From a virus (Duplodnaviria > Heunggongvirae > Uroviricota > Caudoviricetes), in IMG/VR virus record IMGVR_UViG_2698536672_000007: DNA of 25,462 nt; one strand, given 5' to 3'. Positions within the stretch are counted from its first letter, which is position 1. Every line of letters starts with the position of its first letter. Positions 1 to 8,519 of this stretch are shown one piece after another. Below the pieces are notes generated by a model. That model was not told the DNA's origin and made no database searches. It saw only the letters and a list, made by a program, of their open reading frames with translations. The position numbers and the translations under genes are program-made.

Positions 1-1053
1 ACCAAGGTATGTGAGAAGACCAGTTACATCCTTTCCACTCAAATTGGTAAGCGTATTGTCCAGCGGTTGTTTACCTGCCAGCGCATTAAGCATTGTCGTG
101 GCAAAGTTCGGATCATTCCCCAGTGCCGCCGCCAGTTCGTTCAGTGTATCCAGTGCAGCAGGTGCAGAACCCACCATTCCTGCAATCGCCGATTTCACAA
201 AAGCCGTAGTGGCAATCTGTGTATTGTTGACCGACTGCGCCGCCGTGGGGGCTGTTGGCGTTCCGGTGAGTGCCGGACTCGACAACGGTGCTTTAAGTGC
301 CAGCGCATTGTTAATGGTGGTACTGAAATTCGGATCATTGTTAATGGCTGCGGCTATTTCTTTCAGCGTGTCCAGCGTGGCTGGCGCACCATTAATAAGG
401 GCCGTCAGTGCCGCCTGTACAAACGCAGTGGTCGCAACCTGCGTGGTATTATTCCCCGCCGCTGGCGTTGGCGCTTTGGGGGTTCCGGTAAATGTCGGGC
501 TGGCTTTTGGCGCGTACTGTGAATGCGGGTCCGGTGCGGCAAGATGTTTTGCCATCTGATCATCCGCGTACACCTTCAGCTCCAGTGCCTTGTCATCCAC
601 ATACTTGCGGGTTGCCAGCACTACAGCAGGGTCGATTTTCAGGGTGATATTATCCGTGCTGCTGGTAATCAGCACCATGCGCACGGTCTGAGTGCGCCCG
701 CTACCTTCAGCCAGTTGCGGCTTATAGCTTTCCGGGCAGTTGCCCACGGCAATCAATGCCCCGGACTCATCAAACAAGCCCACTTCACGTATCCACCAAC
801 CGCCCTCGTTTTCAGGGATCACCTGTTCGGCAATAATCTGGCTGCTGTTCTGCGGGTCGATATAAAGCATATTCAGCGCAGCCCGGCGTTTCTCATTTAC
901 CAGTGCCGTCTGCTTTGCGTCCGGCGTTGGCAATACTCCACCGCCATCGCCCACCGCCATATGGGTAATTTTTAGCGGCACACCGAGCGCGGCGGCGCTG
1001 GCAAGTTTCGCCGCGCCAATATCCGTCAGCAGGGTATAAAATTTTGTGCTCAT
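1..1053 (-). CDS. H: Tail fibre protein, 5' portion (P2 gpH-like); 3' end lies beyond the window start
   Basis: Minus-strand frame open from ATG at 1053..1051 to the window edge; absent from the ORF track because it has no stop in the window. My translation begins MSTKFYTLLTDIGAAKLASAAALGVPLKITHMAVGDGGG, which I recognise as a P2-family tail fibre N-terminus. Its ATG overlaps the stop of gene I (ATGA). Confidence 0.8.
   Translation of the reverse strand, partial: MSTKFYTLLTDIGAAKLASAAALGVPLKITHMAVGDGGGVLPTPDAKQTALVNEKRRAALNMLYIDPQNSSQIIAEQVIPENEGGWWIREVGLFDESGALIAVGNCPESYKPQLAEGSGRTQTVRMVLITSSTDNITLKIDPAVVLATRKYVDDKALELKVYADDQMAKHLAAPDPHSQYAPKASPTFTGTPKAPTPAAGNNTTQVATTAFVQAALTALINGAPATLDTLKEIAAAINNDPNFSTTINNALALKAPLSSPALTGTPTAPTAAQSVNNTQIATTAFVKSAIAGMVGSAPAALDTLNELAAALGNDPNFATTMLNALAGKQPLDNTLTNLSGKDVTGLLTYLG
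58..501 (-). repeat. Intragenic tandem repeat in H, two diverged units of about 222 bp (74 aa each)
   Basis: Translated H residues 185-258 (SPTFTGTPKAPTPAAGNNTTQVATTAFVQAALTALINGAPATLDTLKEIAAAINNDPNFSTTINNALALKAP) and 259-330 (SPALTGTPTAPTAAQSVNNTQIATTAFVKSAIAGMVGSAPAALDTLNELAAALGNDPNFATTMLNALAGKQP) align along their length; the DNA shows the same imperfect duplication. Confidence 0.6.
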
Positions 1054-1655
1054 GGATTCACTCTCATTGTGTCAATAACATGGACCGCCCCGCCTTCATG
1101 CGCGGTACCACCGGAAATAATCGTTTCGTTGATATACGGATAGATCGTGATTTCTTCGCCAAGATAGCTGGCGGCTCCCACCCAATGCGGGCCGCTGGTC
1201 TGCAGATTGATGGACATGCCGATCATGTGGCGGCTACATGGTTTGGCATCGCTTATCAGTCGCTCAAGTTCCAGATAGGTATCTTCAGTGATGCCCTGGT
1301 CCTGCACGCCGATATCCAGGCGAAACGTGCCCGGTGTTTCTCCGGTCTGCCACCACTCAATAATGCGGATCAGGAATCCGAACGGTTCCACCACCCGCCG
1401 CACGGCACTGGTGGTTCCTTTATGCTGATGAATATAAAAAGCATCCTTCACTACCTGGCGTTTGACGCTTTCTGTCCAGCCCTCGTCCCAGCGATCCACA
1501 GAGAACGCCCAGGCGAGATAAGGCAGGAAGCTGACCGGACAGGTAGCCGGATTCCACAAGTCACGCAGCGGCACCTGCAAATCAGAAATCCCGCTACAGG
1601 TTTGCGCCAGTCGGCGCTCCAGTGAAGTTGAACCCGGTGGCAGCAGACTATTCAT
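1050..1655 (-). CDS. I: Baseplate/tail protein (P2 gpI-like)
   Basis: 201-aa ORF with ATG at 1655; position between J and H in conserved P2 gene order; start overlaps J stop. Confidence 0.8.
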   Translation of the reverse strand: MNSLLPPGSTSLERRLAQTCSGISDLQVPLRDLWNPATCPVSFLPYLAWAFSVDRWDEGWTESVKRQVVKDAFYIHQHKGTTSAVRRVVEPFGFLIRIIEWWQTGETPGTFRLDIGVQDQGITEDTYLELERLISDAKPCSRHMIGMSINLQTSGPHWVGAASYLGEEITIYPYINETIISGGTAHEGGAVHVIDTMRVNP

Positions 1656-2556
1656 CCGTTCCTCCGTTGGTTACGCTCCACTGCGTACATGATGCCGCCT
1701 GTGTTTTGTTCAGGACCACATCCGCCAGCGGAGAAGCCAGTTCCACACGTTGAACACCCTCAACATGCAGAGCAGCAAAGATGGCGCTACGGCGAATATC
1801 CCGACCAAGCCTCGTCTGGCTGGCAATGTACTTCTGCAGACTGGCTTTTGCCGCTGCCATTACCGGCTCTGCTTCCGGTCCCGGATAGAGAAAAATGGTG
1901 GCTTCCACGCGATACGGGATGATTTCTGCGCTGCGAACCGTAAGACGGTCAGCCACCGGGCGGACGTTCTCACTGTTCAGAGCTTTTTCCACCACGTCCA
2001 GCAGGTCTTTTTCTGCAGTTCCATCGCCTTCGCGGCTAAGGACAGTCAGCACCACCTCTGCAGGTGCCGGGCTGGTTGCACTGGCATCCGCCACCCGACC
2101 GTCGGCGCTTCGGGCATGAAATTCATAAGCTGCAGTTGGCCCCGCAACAGAAAGCCCTTCAAAGGCTGCAGGCACACGCAGGCGCAACGCTTCATCGCTT
2201 TCCATCACAGCTGCAACGGGCGGCACAGCATCATTATCAGCAGGCGTCACCGTCAGGCGTGTCACGTTGTAGTTGGCAGCGAGCTGGTCAAGATCGCCGC
2301 CCATCGCGTAAGCCACCATCACCGCCTGCGCGGCTTCGTTAATGCGCTGGCGCAGAAGCAACTCACGGTAAGCGTTCTCCTGCAACAATTTAGTGGCGGG
2401 TTCAGATTCCAGTTCCAGCGTGCGGATCACTGCTTCCTGCTCATCTTTCGGATGAAGCGCCACAAATTCTGCCTTGCGTTCGGCAAGCAGCGTCTCAAAG
2501 TCCGGCACATCCACAATCTGCGGTGCAGGCAACTGCGAAAGGTCAATCACTGCCAT
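1648..2556 (-). CDS. J: Baseplate assembly protein (P2 gpJ-like)
   Basis: ORF-track start at 2595 is GTG; in-frame ATG at 2556 (MAVIDLSQLPAPQIVDVPDFETLLAERKAEF) is preceded by AGGAG with a 6-nt spacer. Baseplate J-like sequence and P2 order W-J-I. Confidence 0.8.
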   Translation of the reverse strand: MAVIDLSQLPAPQIVDVPDFETLLAERKAEFVALHPKDEQEAVIRTLELESEPATKLLQENAYRELLLRQRINEAAQAVMVAYAMGGDLDQLAANYNVTRLTVTPADNDAVPPVAAVMESDEALRLRVPAAFEGLSVAGPTAAYEFHARSADGRVADASATSPAPAEVVLTVLSREGDGTAEKDLLDVVEKALNSENVRPVADRLTVRSAEIIPYRVEATIFLYPGPEAEPVMAAAKASLQKYIASQTRLGRDIRRSAIFAALHVEGVQRVELASPLADVVLNKTQAASCTQWSVTNGGTDE

Positions 2557-2902
2557 TCTCTGCTCCTGTTGATACGGAAAGGGACACAGGCACACCGTTA
2601 TTCCGCCGCCCGGTCAGCTCCACCACCATTGAACCGTCAAAATTGCTGTTGATGGTGATGGAATCCAGCGTCAACCGTGGCTCCCAGCGACTCAGCGCCA
2701 CATACACTGCCGACATGACTTGCAGGCGTAATGCCGGATTTTGTGGCTGATCTATCAGTGCCGACAGCAGGGAACCATATTCCCGGCGGGCAATACGGCT
2801 ACCCTGCGGTGTCAGCAGAATGTCCCGCACCGACTGGCGCAGATGATCAATATCAGTAATGACTTTGCCGCTGGTATTGTTCATCCCGCTATAAAGCGTC
2901 AT
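2543..2902 (-). CDS. W: Baseplate protein (P2 gpW-like)
   Basis: 119-aa ORF with ATG at 2902, overlapping V stop and J start; position in P2 order V-W-J. Confidence 0.75.
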   Translation of the reverse strand: MTLYSGMNNTSGKVITDIDHLRQSVRDILLTPQGSRIARREYGSLLSALIDQPQNPALRLQVMSAVYVALSRWEPRLTLDSITINSNFDGSMVVELTGRRNNGVPVSLSVSTGAENGSD

Positions 2903-3477
2903 ACCGGGCCTCCGGTTGTATCGCCGCCTTTCAGGACGCCAGTATGCTGATGCGCATCAACCACGATCCCGTTAGAACTCATCGCTCCGCCGCCCTGGGT
3001 AACGCCACCATTGATCACCACTTCGCTGTTAATGCGCGTGCGGTCAGCCTCCAGTACAAACTCACTGGTTTTCATGGTGATGTTGTCAGCGGCCTCAATG
3101 ACCATTGATTTGATGCCCCTGACATACCAGCGCCCGGTGGCGGGTTCGTATTCAAACCAGCCACCGTCAGGATGTTCTGTCACGCAGGCGTCCGCCGACG
3201 TCGACGGTGGCGCGAACTGATTCGAATAGATGGCGGGTAACGCAAAGGCGGTTTCCAGATTGCCGCCCAGACTCAGCAGCACCACCTGCTCACCTTCCGA
3301 TGGTCGCCACCATGTGCGGGCATTCCCGGCACGCAGCGTCAGCCAGCTGATCCAGTTGGTTTCAAGCTCGCCCGTTTTCACCCGGCAAAGCCAGTTTTCC
3401 CTGTCCACTTCGGTGACTACCCCTGTGCGGATCAGGTTGGTGATAAGGCGCATGATTTCGGTTAATTGTGCGTTCAT
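2899..3477 (-). CDS. V: Baseplate spike/assembly protein (P2 gpV-like)
   Basis: 192-aa ORF with ATG at 3477 (MNAQLTEIMRLITNLIRTGVVTEVD...); resembles P2 gpV as I recall it; first gene downstream of a candidate late-promoter dyad. Confidence 0.8.
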   Translation of the reverse strand: MNAQLTEIMRLITNLIRTGVVTEVDRENWLCRVKTGELETNWISWLTLRAGNARTWWRPSEGEQVVLLSLGGNLETAFALPAIYSNQFAPPSTSADACVTEHPDGGWFEYEPATGRWYVRGIKSMVIEAADNITMKTSEFVLEADRTRINSEVVINGGVTQGGGAMSSNGIVVDAHQHTGVLKGGDTTGGPV

Positions 3478-3522
3478 AGGGAAAGGTTGCCATCAGGGGA
3501 AGAAAGGCGGCAGTGCTGCAAC

Positions 3523-3542
3523 TTGTATCAGTGCTGATACAA
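3523..3542 (-). promoter_or_regulatory. Candidate late-promoter activator site (TGT-N12-ACA dyad) upstream of V
   Basis: Perfect 20-bp palindrome TTGTATCAGTGCTGATACAA in the 68-bp S-V intergenic gap; it matches the TGT-N12-ACA element that Ogr/Delta-type activators bind at P2-family late promoters. Confidence 0.5.
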
Positions 3543-3545
3543 AGA

Positions 3546-3992
3546 TCACCCCGCCAGCCATTGCAGAATCATGTCGCGGGTCATTGCCTCAACATCATCA
3601 TTTACACCCAGCAGGCGGCGCTCTGCGTAACGGACCTCCGGTCCTTTGCGACTGACGCGATCACGCAGGCCGTAATGGTGAACACGGGCAATACGCTGCA
3701 CCTTGCCTTCAAACTGTACGCTGGCAGAGTCGGCGCTGGCGGCAGTTTTCAGGTATTTTGTGGTGCGCAGCTTTGCAAACATCTGACGTTTGATGCGCCC
3801 CTTCTTGCTGCGTGCTGTTACCCTGCGCGGTTCATAACTGCTGCCATCTGGATTGCGCTGCATCCTGATATTCTGCTGCTGTGTCCGGCGCAGTTCCTGC
3901 GCCAGCTGGCGCATCATGCGGCTTCTCGTGGCTGGTTCCAGATTCGCCAGCAAGGCACTCAGCCAGTCGTCCACCTTCTGCAGTTCAGCCAC
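3546..3992 (-). CDS. S: Tail completion protein (P2 gpS-like)
   Basis: 148-aa ORF; first codon is GTG (3992..3990) overlapping the R stop (GTGGCTGA), with no nearby in-frame ATG; position in order R-S-V. Confidence 0.7.
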   Translation of the reverse strand: MAELQKVDDWLSALLANLEPATRSRMMRQLAQELRRTQQQNIRMQRNPDGSSYEPRRVTARSKKGRIKRQMFAKLRTTKYLKTAASADSASVQFEGKVQRIARVHHYGLRDRVSRKGPEVRYAERRLLGVNDDVEAMTRDMILQWLAG

Positions 3993-4419
3993 GTTTCACC
4001 GTCCACATTTCTTCAGGTTCATCGGGTTCTGCTACAGCTTCAACGCTCGACACACTGCCGTCAGTGCTGACCAGCACACGTTCCGTCAGTTGCAGGTTAA
4101 GGCTGATATCACAGACATCGTTGCGCAAAATATCCACATCAAAGGTGAATAGCTTTTCCCGTAACGCCGGGTTATTGATGGCATCGGGCTGGTTATCCCG
4201 AAGCCACAGTAAAACCGGGGCCATCAGCAGATTCTGGTCGCCGCTGAAATCCTCTATCACCACGTTCAGGGTGTAGCGGTACTCCCATGACATGGAGCTG
4301 GCCCCCGTGGCAACCAGCGAACCGTTATCCACAAACAGATGCAGTTTGTCCGGGTTATTGCGGACATAAGGCACCGCTTTATTGAGGGCGTGGCGCAGGG
4401 ATTGTGGTTTGTTCACTGT
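3985..4419 (-). CDS. R: Tail completion protein (P2 gpR-like)
   Basis: ORF-track start at 4437 is TTG; a GTG at 4419 (VNKPQSLRHALNKAVPYVRNNPDKLHLFVDNGS) is preceded by GGAG with a 7-nt spacer. Exact start is uncertain (4419 or 4437). Confidence 0.7.
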   Translation of the reverse strand, partial: TVNKPQSLRHALNKAVPYVRNNPDKLHLFVDNGSLVATGASSMSWEYRYTLNVVIEDFSGDQNLLMAPVLLWLRDNQPDAINNPALREKLFTFDVDILRNDVCDISLNLQLTERVLVSTDGSVSSVEAVAEPDEPEEMWTVKRG

Positions 4420-4669
4420 TTCGCTCCTGACACGCAATAATCATGTCCACTTTGTCTGCACAGACCGCCCAGGCGGCCTCCGTTTCATCCAGCAACGCGT
4501 TCAGGTCACCGTTAGTGCGCGGCGCTGCCTGCCCCAGCCGACACGGCGTCACTCGCGGACAACCACTGACGGTAAGCTGCACCTCCGGTGAGTGTGGGGC
4601 GTTCCCGCAGCCGGATAATGTCAGCAGGCAAAGGAGTATCAGCCCAGCGGCGTAAATCCTCGTTCTCAC
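4379..4669 (-). CDS. lysC: Outer-membrane spanin lipoprotein (Rz1/LysC-like), overlapping lysB and R
   Basis: 96-aa ORF in an alternate frame overlapping the 3' part of lysB; N-terminus has a hydrophobic stretch and lipobox LTLSGC; GTG first codon, start uncertain. Confidence 0.55.
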   Translation of the reverse strand: MRTRIYAAGLILLCLLTLSGCGNAPHSPEVQLTVSGCPRVTPCRLGQAAPRTNGDLNALLDETEAAWAVCADKVDMIIACQERNSEQTTIPAPRPQ

Positions 4670-4940
4670 GTTTCAGTTCCTCAATCCGGTGTTGTCGTTG
4701 TCTCAGTAGTGCGCTGGTCTGTTCTGCGTCGGCATAGAGTCGCGCCTGCTCCCGGTTGTTGGTTTCTGTCAGAATGGACAGGCTGATAAGCTGGCTGTTG
4801 CTCTTTGCCAGTGCCTGGCTTTTGCTCTGCAGCTCATCTGCCTGCGTGCTGATGGTCTGGCTGGCATCAGCCAGCCGCCACGTCTGCCAGCCCAGCGCCG
4901 CCAGTAATAACGCCAGCACAACCAGCAGCAACCGGTTCAT
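4512..4940 (-). CDS. lysB: Inner-membrane spanin (Rz/LysB-like)
   Basis: 142-aa ORF with ATG at 4940; N-terminal TM helix (LLLVVLALLLAALGW) followed by a charged, coiled-coil-like region; lies in the lysis cassette. Confidence 0.7.
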   Translation of the reverse strand: MNRLLLVVLALLLAALGWQTWRLADASQTISTQADELQSKSQALAKSNSQLISLSILTETNNREQARLYADAEQTSALLRQRQHRIEELKRENEDLRRWADTPLPADIIRLRERPTLTGGAAYRQWLSASDAVSAGAGSAAH

Positions 4941-5314
4941 GCTGCTACCTGTTGCGCCATCTGATTACGGGTGATCCAGAAGGCAATAACGGTCAGCAGA
5001 TAAAAGACCAGGGTAAGAGCCCACCCCGTCCAGGCGAGACTGACGACAATCAGCAATCGCATCATCCAGCTGATAAATACGTTTTCTTTTCGGGTAATTG
5101 TCTTCAGCAAAGATGCCCTCAACTCCTGCCAGAGCGGGCCGTTCTTAATTAACGCAGCCAGTGATACCGGAATTACTGCCCATGTCAGCAGACAGGCTAC
5201 CCAGACACCAGATGCTGCCAGTACCGGAAAAATCCCCTGCGGATACACCATTGCGGCGATTAACAGCGCTATCCATAACATCAGAAACAGCCCGCTGATT
5301 ACTTTCTTTTTCAT
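4937..5314 (-). CDS. lysA: Lysis timing membrane protein (LysA-like)
   Basis: ORF-track start is GTG at 5386; in-frame ATG at 5314 (MKKKVISGLFLMLWIALLIAAMVYPQ...) follows GGGAG with a 9-nt spacer; several hydrophobic helices. Confidence 0.6.
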   Translation of the reverse strand: MKKKVISGLFLMLWIALLIAAMVYPQGIFPVLAASGVWVACLLTWAVIPVSLAALIKNGPLWQELRASLLKTITRKENVFISWMMRLLIVVSLAWTGWALTLVFYLLTVIAFWITRNQMAQQVAA

Positions 5315-5315
5315 T

Positions 5316-5828
5316 TCAGTTTGCTCCCTGTAAGCACCAGGCCATCTCCCGCGCACGGCGGTTATCCAGCCCCTGATTAAACACACCTTTTACATACACC
5401 CAGCGCGGCAACTGTCGGCACGCATCCGCCCAGCGCCGCTGATTGAGCAATTTCACCAGCGTGGAACTGCAGGCATTGCCCGTACCCACGTTGAAGGCAA
5501 ACGACACCGCAGCGTCATACACCTTCTGCGGCGGCTGTTGCTTCACACACCTTTCCAGCGCCCGCTCCACACGCAGCACGTTGGAGATCAGCCCTTCTGC
5601 TGCCTGTCGCTCCGTAATGGTTTTGCCGGGAATGACGCCCGACGTATTACCAATGCCGTCGGTCCAGACACCCGCGCTGCACTGATACGGCTGCAGACGA
5701 CAACCTTCGTAATCGGCAATCAGTTTCAGCCCTTCCACGGAGGTGTGAAGCTGCTGAAAACCCGGCAGCGTGGCAGCAATAGCCAGCACGGCCCCGACAA
5801 GGCAGCGTTTAACGATTGATGGATTCAT
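5316..5828 (-). CDS. K: Endolysin, T4-lysozyme-like (GH24) with possible N-terminal signal-anchor-release segment
   Basis: 170-aa ORF with ATG at 5828; contains the E...D...T spacing (YEGCRLQPYQCSAGVWTDGIGNT) typical of GH24 lysozymes; N-terminal hydrophobic stretch CLVGAVLAIAATLPG. Confidence 0.8.
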   Translation of the reverse strand: MNPSIVKRCLVGAVLAIAATLPGFQQLHTSVEGLKLIADYEGCRLQPYQCSAGVWTDGIGNTSGVIPGKTITERQAAEGLISNVLRVERALERCVKQQPPQKVYDAAVSFAFNVGTGNACSSTLVKLLNQRRWADACRQLPRWVYVKGVFNQGLDNRRAREMAWCLQGAN

Positions 5829-6024
5829 AGTCCTCCCGCGAGATCTGCCCGTCGCGCAGAAGCTGGTAGGCTTTGTGTTTGTAGTACCAGTTGATAGCCA
5901 GCATCAGCACACCGATCATCAGGCCGCCCAGCGTTGAGGCATCCTTGATGGACAAATCGCCCAGCCAGGCCAGCACGACGGCGATGCAATACGTGATAAA
6001 GGCGCTGATTCGCTCAAGCGTCAT
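5809..6024 (-). CDS. Y: Holin (small membrane protein)
   Basis: 71-aa ORF with ATG at 6024; two hydrophobic helices and a charged C-terminus; immediately upstream of the endolysin. Confidence 0.65.
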   Translation of the reverse strand: MTLERISAFITYCIAVVLAWLGDLSIKDASTLGGLMIGVLMLAINWYYKHKAYQLLRDGQISREDYESINR

Positions 6025-6027
6025 AAT

Positions 6028-6231
6028 TCAGTCCCATAGCTGGACGGTCTGCACGGTGGTGGTTGTCGGAATGTCCGGCAGCTCCACCTGCAGCCCGTGA
6101 GGTAAAAAGGGGCCGTATTCGGCAAGCCCCGGATTTGCCTTCAGTACCTGCTCCGTGACACCCTGCGTGCGCCCGTAATGACGCCAGCAAAGTGCGTCCA
6201 CCGTGTCATACTGATGCGCACGCACTTTCAT
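6028..6231 (-). CDS. X: Tail protein X (P2 gpX-like)
   Basis: 67-aa ORF with ATG at 6231 overlapping the L stop (ATGA); position between L and the lysis genes as in P2. Confidence 0.7.
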   Translation of the reverse strand: MKVRAHQYDTVDALCWRHYGRTQGVTEQVLKANPGLAEYGPFLPHGLQVELPDIPTTTTVQTVQLWD

Positions 6232-6695
6232 CAGATAAGCTCCACTGTGCAGTGCGGCGCATCCTGCACCCGGCTGATGGCCCAGCGGGCGTCACGCCAT
6301 AAATCACCGCTTGCTTCCGCCAGTTCCTCGCCTCGCTTCGCACCGGATGCCGTGGCGTCATAGTCCTGGTAACGTTCGTTGAGCATGGCGCGTGCCCAGC
6401 AGTAAACCGCGTTGAAATAGTGCTGAATGCGCTCGCTTTTGCCGTCCAGTTGTTCCGCCGGGACTTCTGCCAGCGAGGCATATCCCAGCATCTGCTGGCG
6501 TCTGCGAAACTCATACAGCTCTGCGTTGACCTCCGAAATTGCCGACAGGGCAACCTGTTTTAAACGCGGCTGCGTCACCGTGCCGTCAGTGCGCATCACA
6601 CTGCGAAACTCCGACAGGTCCACATCAGGCCAGAACGGCGTATTCCTGATGATTTCCGCCTGTTCCGGTGCCTGTTCTGGCGCAACAAACTTCAT
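6231..6695 (-). CDS. L: Head completion/stabilisation protein (P2 gpL-like)
   Basis: ORF-track start is GTG at 6758 with no SD; in-frame ATG at 6695 (MKFVAPEQAPEQAEIIRN...) follows AGGAG with an 8-nt spacer. Confidence 0.75.
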   Translation of the reverse strand: MKFVAPEQAPEQAEIIRNTPFWPDVDLSEFRSVMRTDGTVTQPRLKQVALSAISEVNAELYEFRRRQQMLGYASLAEVPAEQLDGKSERIQHYFNAVYCWARAMLNERYQDYDATASGAKRGEELAEASGDLWRDARWAISRVQDAPHCTVELI

Positions 6696-6790
6696 GCTGC
6701 TTTCTCCTGAAATAGAGGGCGGTGGACGGGGTTTTGATGTGGCAGTGCCTTTCGCCACCCCGTGCCGCCCGTGCGCGGGGGCACGTTCTG

Positions 6791-7441
6791 TCAGCGGCTG
6801 TCATTGCGCAGTCTGCGCTCCAGCTGCTGTTTGTCTTTTTTCACGCCACAGCGGGGATCGAGCTGTAACGCATGGTTGAGATGATTAAGGGCAGACGCCG
6901 GATTTCTTTCACTCAGGACAGCGCCAATCGCTTTATGCAGACGCGCCCGTGACTGGTCCGGCATATCCATACCGTCTGTCAGCTCCAGGGTCTGCAGCAA
7001 CAGATCGGCATCAAAGCCGGTGGCAGCAAGCATTGCGCTCTGGGCTGCATCTGCCATTTCCTCTGCCAGCACGGTCTGCACGTTGCGGTTACCTAACGGC
7101 ATCACCCAGCCATGACGCAGGGCGTGACGCCCGATCTCCAGCGCCCCGGCATAATCTCCGGCATCAATGCGCCACAGCATCACGTACATCAGCACGTCAT
7201 CCTGTTGAGCGCCTCCGGCAGCCAGGACACCCTCCGCCCAGGCGGCGTACTTCGGCAGCAGCTCCACCTTGATTTCCGCTTTTTTGACCGTGGACTGAAC
7301 GCCCTTGAGACGGCGGCGGTCTTCCGCCAGTTGCAGCAGCATCAGGTCATAGCCCGACGCGTGGCGAACGCTGCCGCCCTCGCGGGCGGCCTGTTCAGCC
7401 TGAACGCGCAGGCGATGCTGCCGTGCGGGACTCAGGCTCAT
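6791..7441 (-). CDS. M: Terminase small (endonuclease) subunit (P2 gpM-like)
   Basis: 216-aa ORF with ATG at 7441; position O-N-M-L in the conserved capsid operon. Confidence 0.8.
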   Translation of the reverse strand: MSLSPARQHRLRVQAEQAAREGGSVRHASGYDLMLLQLAEDRRRLKGVQSTVKKAEIKVELLPKYAAWAEGVLAAGGAQQDDVLMYVMLWRIDAGDYAGALEIGRHALRHGWVMPLGNRNVQTVLAEEMADAAQSAMLAATGFDADLLLQTLELTDGMDMPDQSRARLHKAIGAVLSERNPASALNHLNHALQLDPRCGVKKDKQQLERRLRNDSR

Positions 7442-7444
7442 GAA

Positions 7445-8503
7445 TTACGCTCCGGTTTCTGCTGCTGCGGCGCTGAAGTCGCCAATCTGGATGTTTTCCA
7501 CCAGTGCGGCGCAGCGGTAGTCCTCAACCACATAGGCTTCGTTAACGGATTCAAAGTTTTCAATCCGGTCACGTTTCGGGTTGTCGATAACTGAGCGGCG
7601 GCGGGTGTCTTCCTGCCAGTAGATGGACAGGTTATCCAGACGGGTGATCAGCAGTGCATTCGGCGGGAAGAACGGCGCACGCACGGCCTGCAGGCCACCC
7701 ATGCGTTTCTGACTGATGATCATATCGGCAGCCAGTTTTTCACTGTTTTCCTGCTCTTTGTTGACCAGCGGGAAATACTTGTCAGACAGCAGTTCACGAC
7801 CGCAAATCACCACCAGATCGTCATCGTCCTGGTAGACCACATCGATAAGCTCATTGACGGCATCCATCACCACAGCGTCCAGGTTGGCATATTCGCCACC
7901 TTTCCCGACTTTCACCGCACCCGGTGTGGTTTCACCGCCCGTGGTGGTGCTGCCCATGACGTGATCCGGTGCATCTTCACGGATTTTCTGCAGCCAGCCT
8001 TTGTTCACATCCTGCAGCAGCGGGTTTTCGCTACGGTTGGAGGTTTTCGCACGCTTCACGCCGTTAAAGCCGATCATGATGCGGTCCAGAGCCTGACGTT
8101 TCACGATGGCGTCACGGATGCGCACCTGGAAATCCTGAAACTTCGCCCACAGGTCCAGCTTCGCGTAGGTCAGCACCGTGTCAAAGTTGGTCTGCTCGCA
8201 TTTATATTCCACATCGACCATCAGCGTCGGATCGACAGGTTCACGCTCTTTCGCGGTGGTGTCAGTGGTTCCGGCAATGGTGCTGCCAACTCCCAGCCCC
8301 AGCAGCTGACCGGACTGCTCAGTCACTGGCGTGACGTTAATCAGCGTCAGGAAAGCGGCGGACTGCTGGATCTGGTCTTCCAGCGTCTGCTGCACAGACG
8401 GCTCCACGGTGAACTTGCTGGACAGTTCTTCAACTGCCACACCGTTCAGACGCGCCAGCTGCTGCAGGTAAGCGTTAAAAGCAAAGCGGGTATTCTTCTT
8501 CAT
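7445..8503 (-). CDS. N: Major capsid protein precursor (P2 gpN-like)
   Basis: 352-aa ORF with ATG at 8503 (MKKNTRFAFNAYLQQLARLNGV...); size and position match P2 gpN. Confidence 0.85.
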   Translation of the reverse strand: MKKNTRFAFNAYLQQLARLNGVAVEELSSKFTVEPSVQQTLEDQIQQSAAFLTLINVTPVTEQSGQLLGLGVGSTIAGTTDTTAKEREPVDPTLMVDVEYKCEQTNFDTVLTYAKLDLWAKFQDFQVRIRDAIVKRQALDRIMIGFNGVKRAKTSNRSENPLLQDVNKGWLQKIREDAPDHVMGSTTTGGETTPGAVKVGKGGEYANLDAVVMDAVNELIDVVYQDDDDLVVICGRELLSDKYFPLVNKEQENSEKLAADMIISQKRMGGLQAVRAPFFPPNALLITRLDNLSIYWQEDTRRRSVIDNPKRDRIENFESVNEAYVVEDYRCAALVENIQIGDFSAAAAETGA

Positions 8504-8519
8504 CGGGTTTTGTGCTCCA

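Noticed and set aside
11-975. Plus-strand ORFs 11..559, 67..522 and 523..975
   Set aside because: They are antisense to the tail fibre gene H, which is open on the minus strand to the window edge; their repetitive Ala/Ser/Val-rich products mirror the H repeat read backwards.
1750-2652. 300-aa plus-strand ORF, and nearby 1689..1922, 1895..2119, 2064..2342
   Set aside because: Antisense to gene J; Cys/Arg/His-rich, unprotein-like composition typical of a GC-rich reverse frame.
6759-6783. GC-rich imperfect hairpin between M and L (CGTGCCGCCCG-TGCG-CGGGGGCACG)
   Set aside because: No U-tract follows on the transcribed (minus) strand, so it is unlikely to be a terminator inside the capsid operon; it may be an RNA structure or simply lie within an extended L reading frame.
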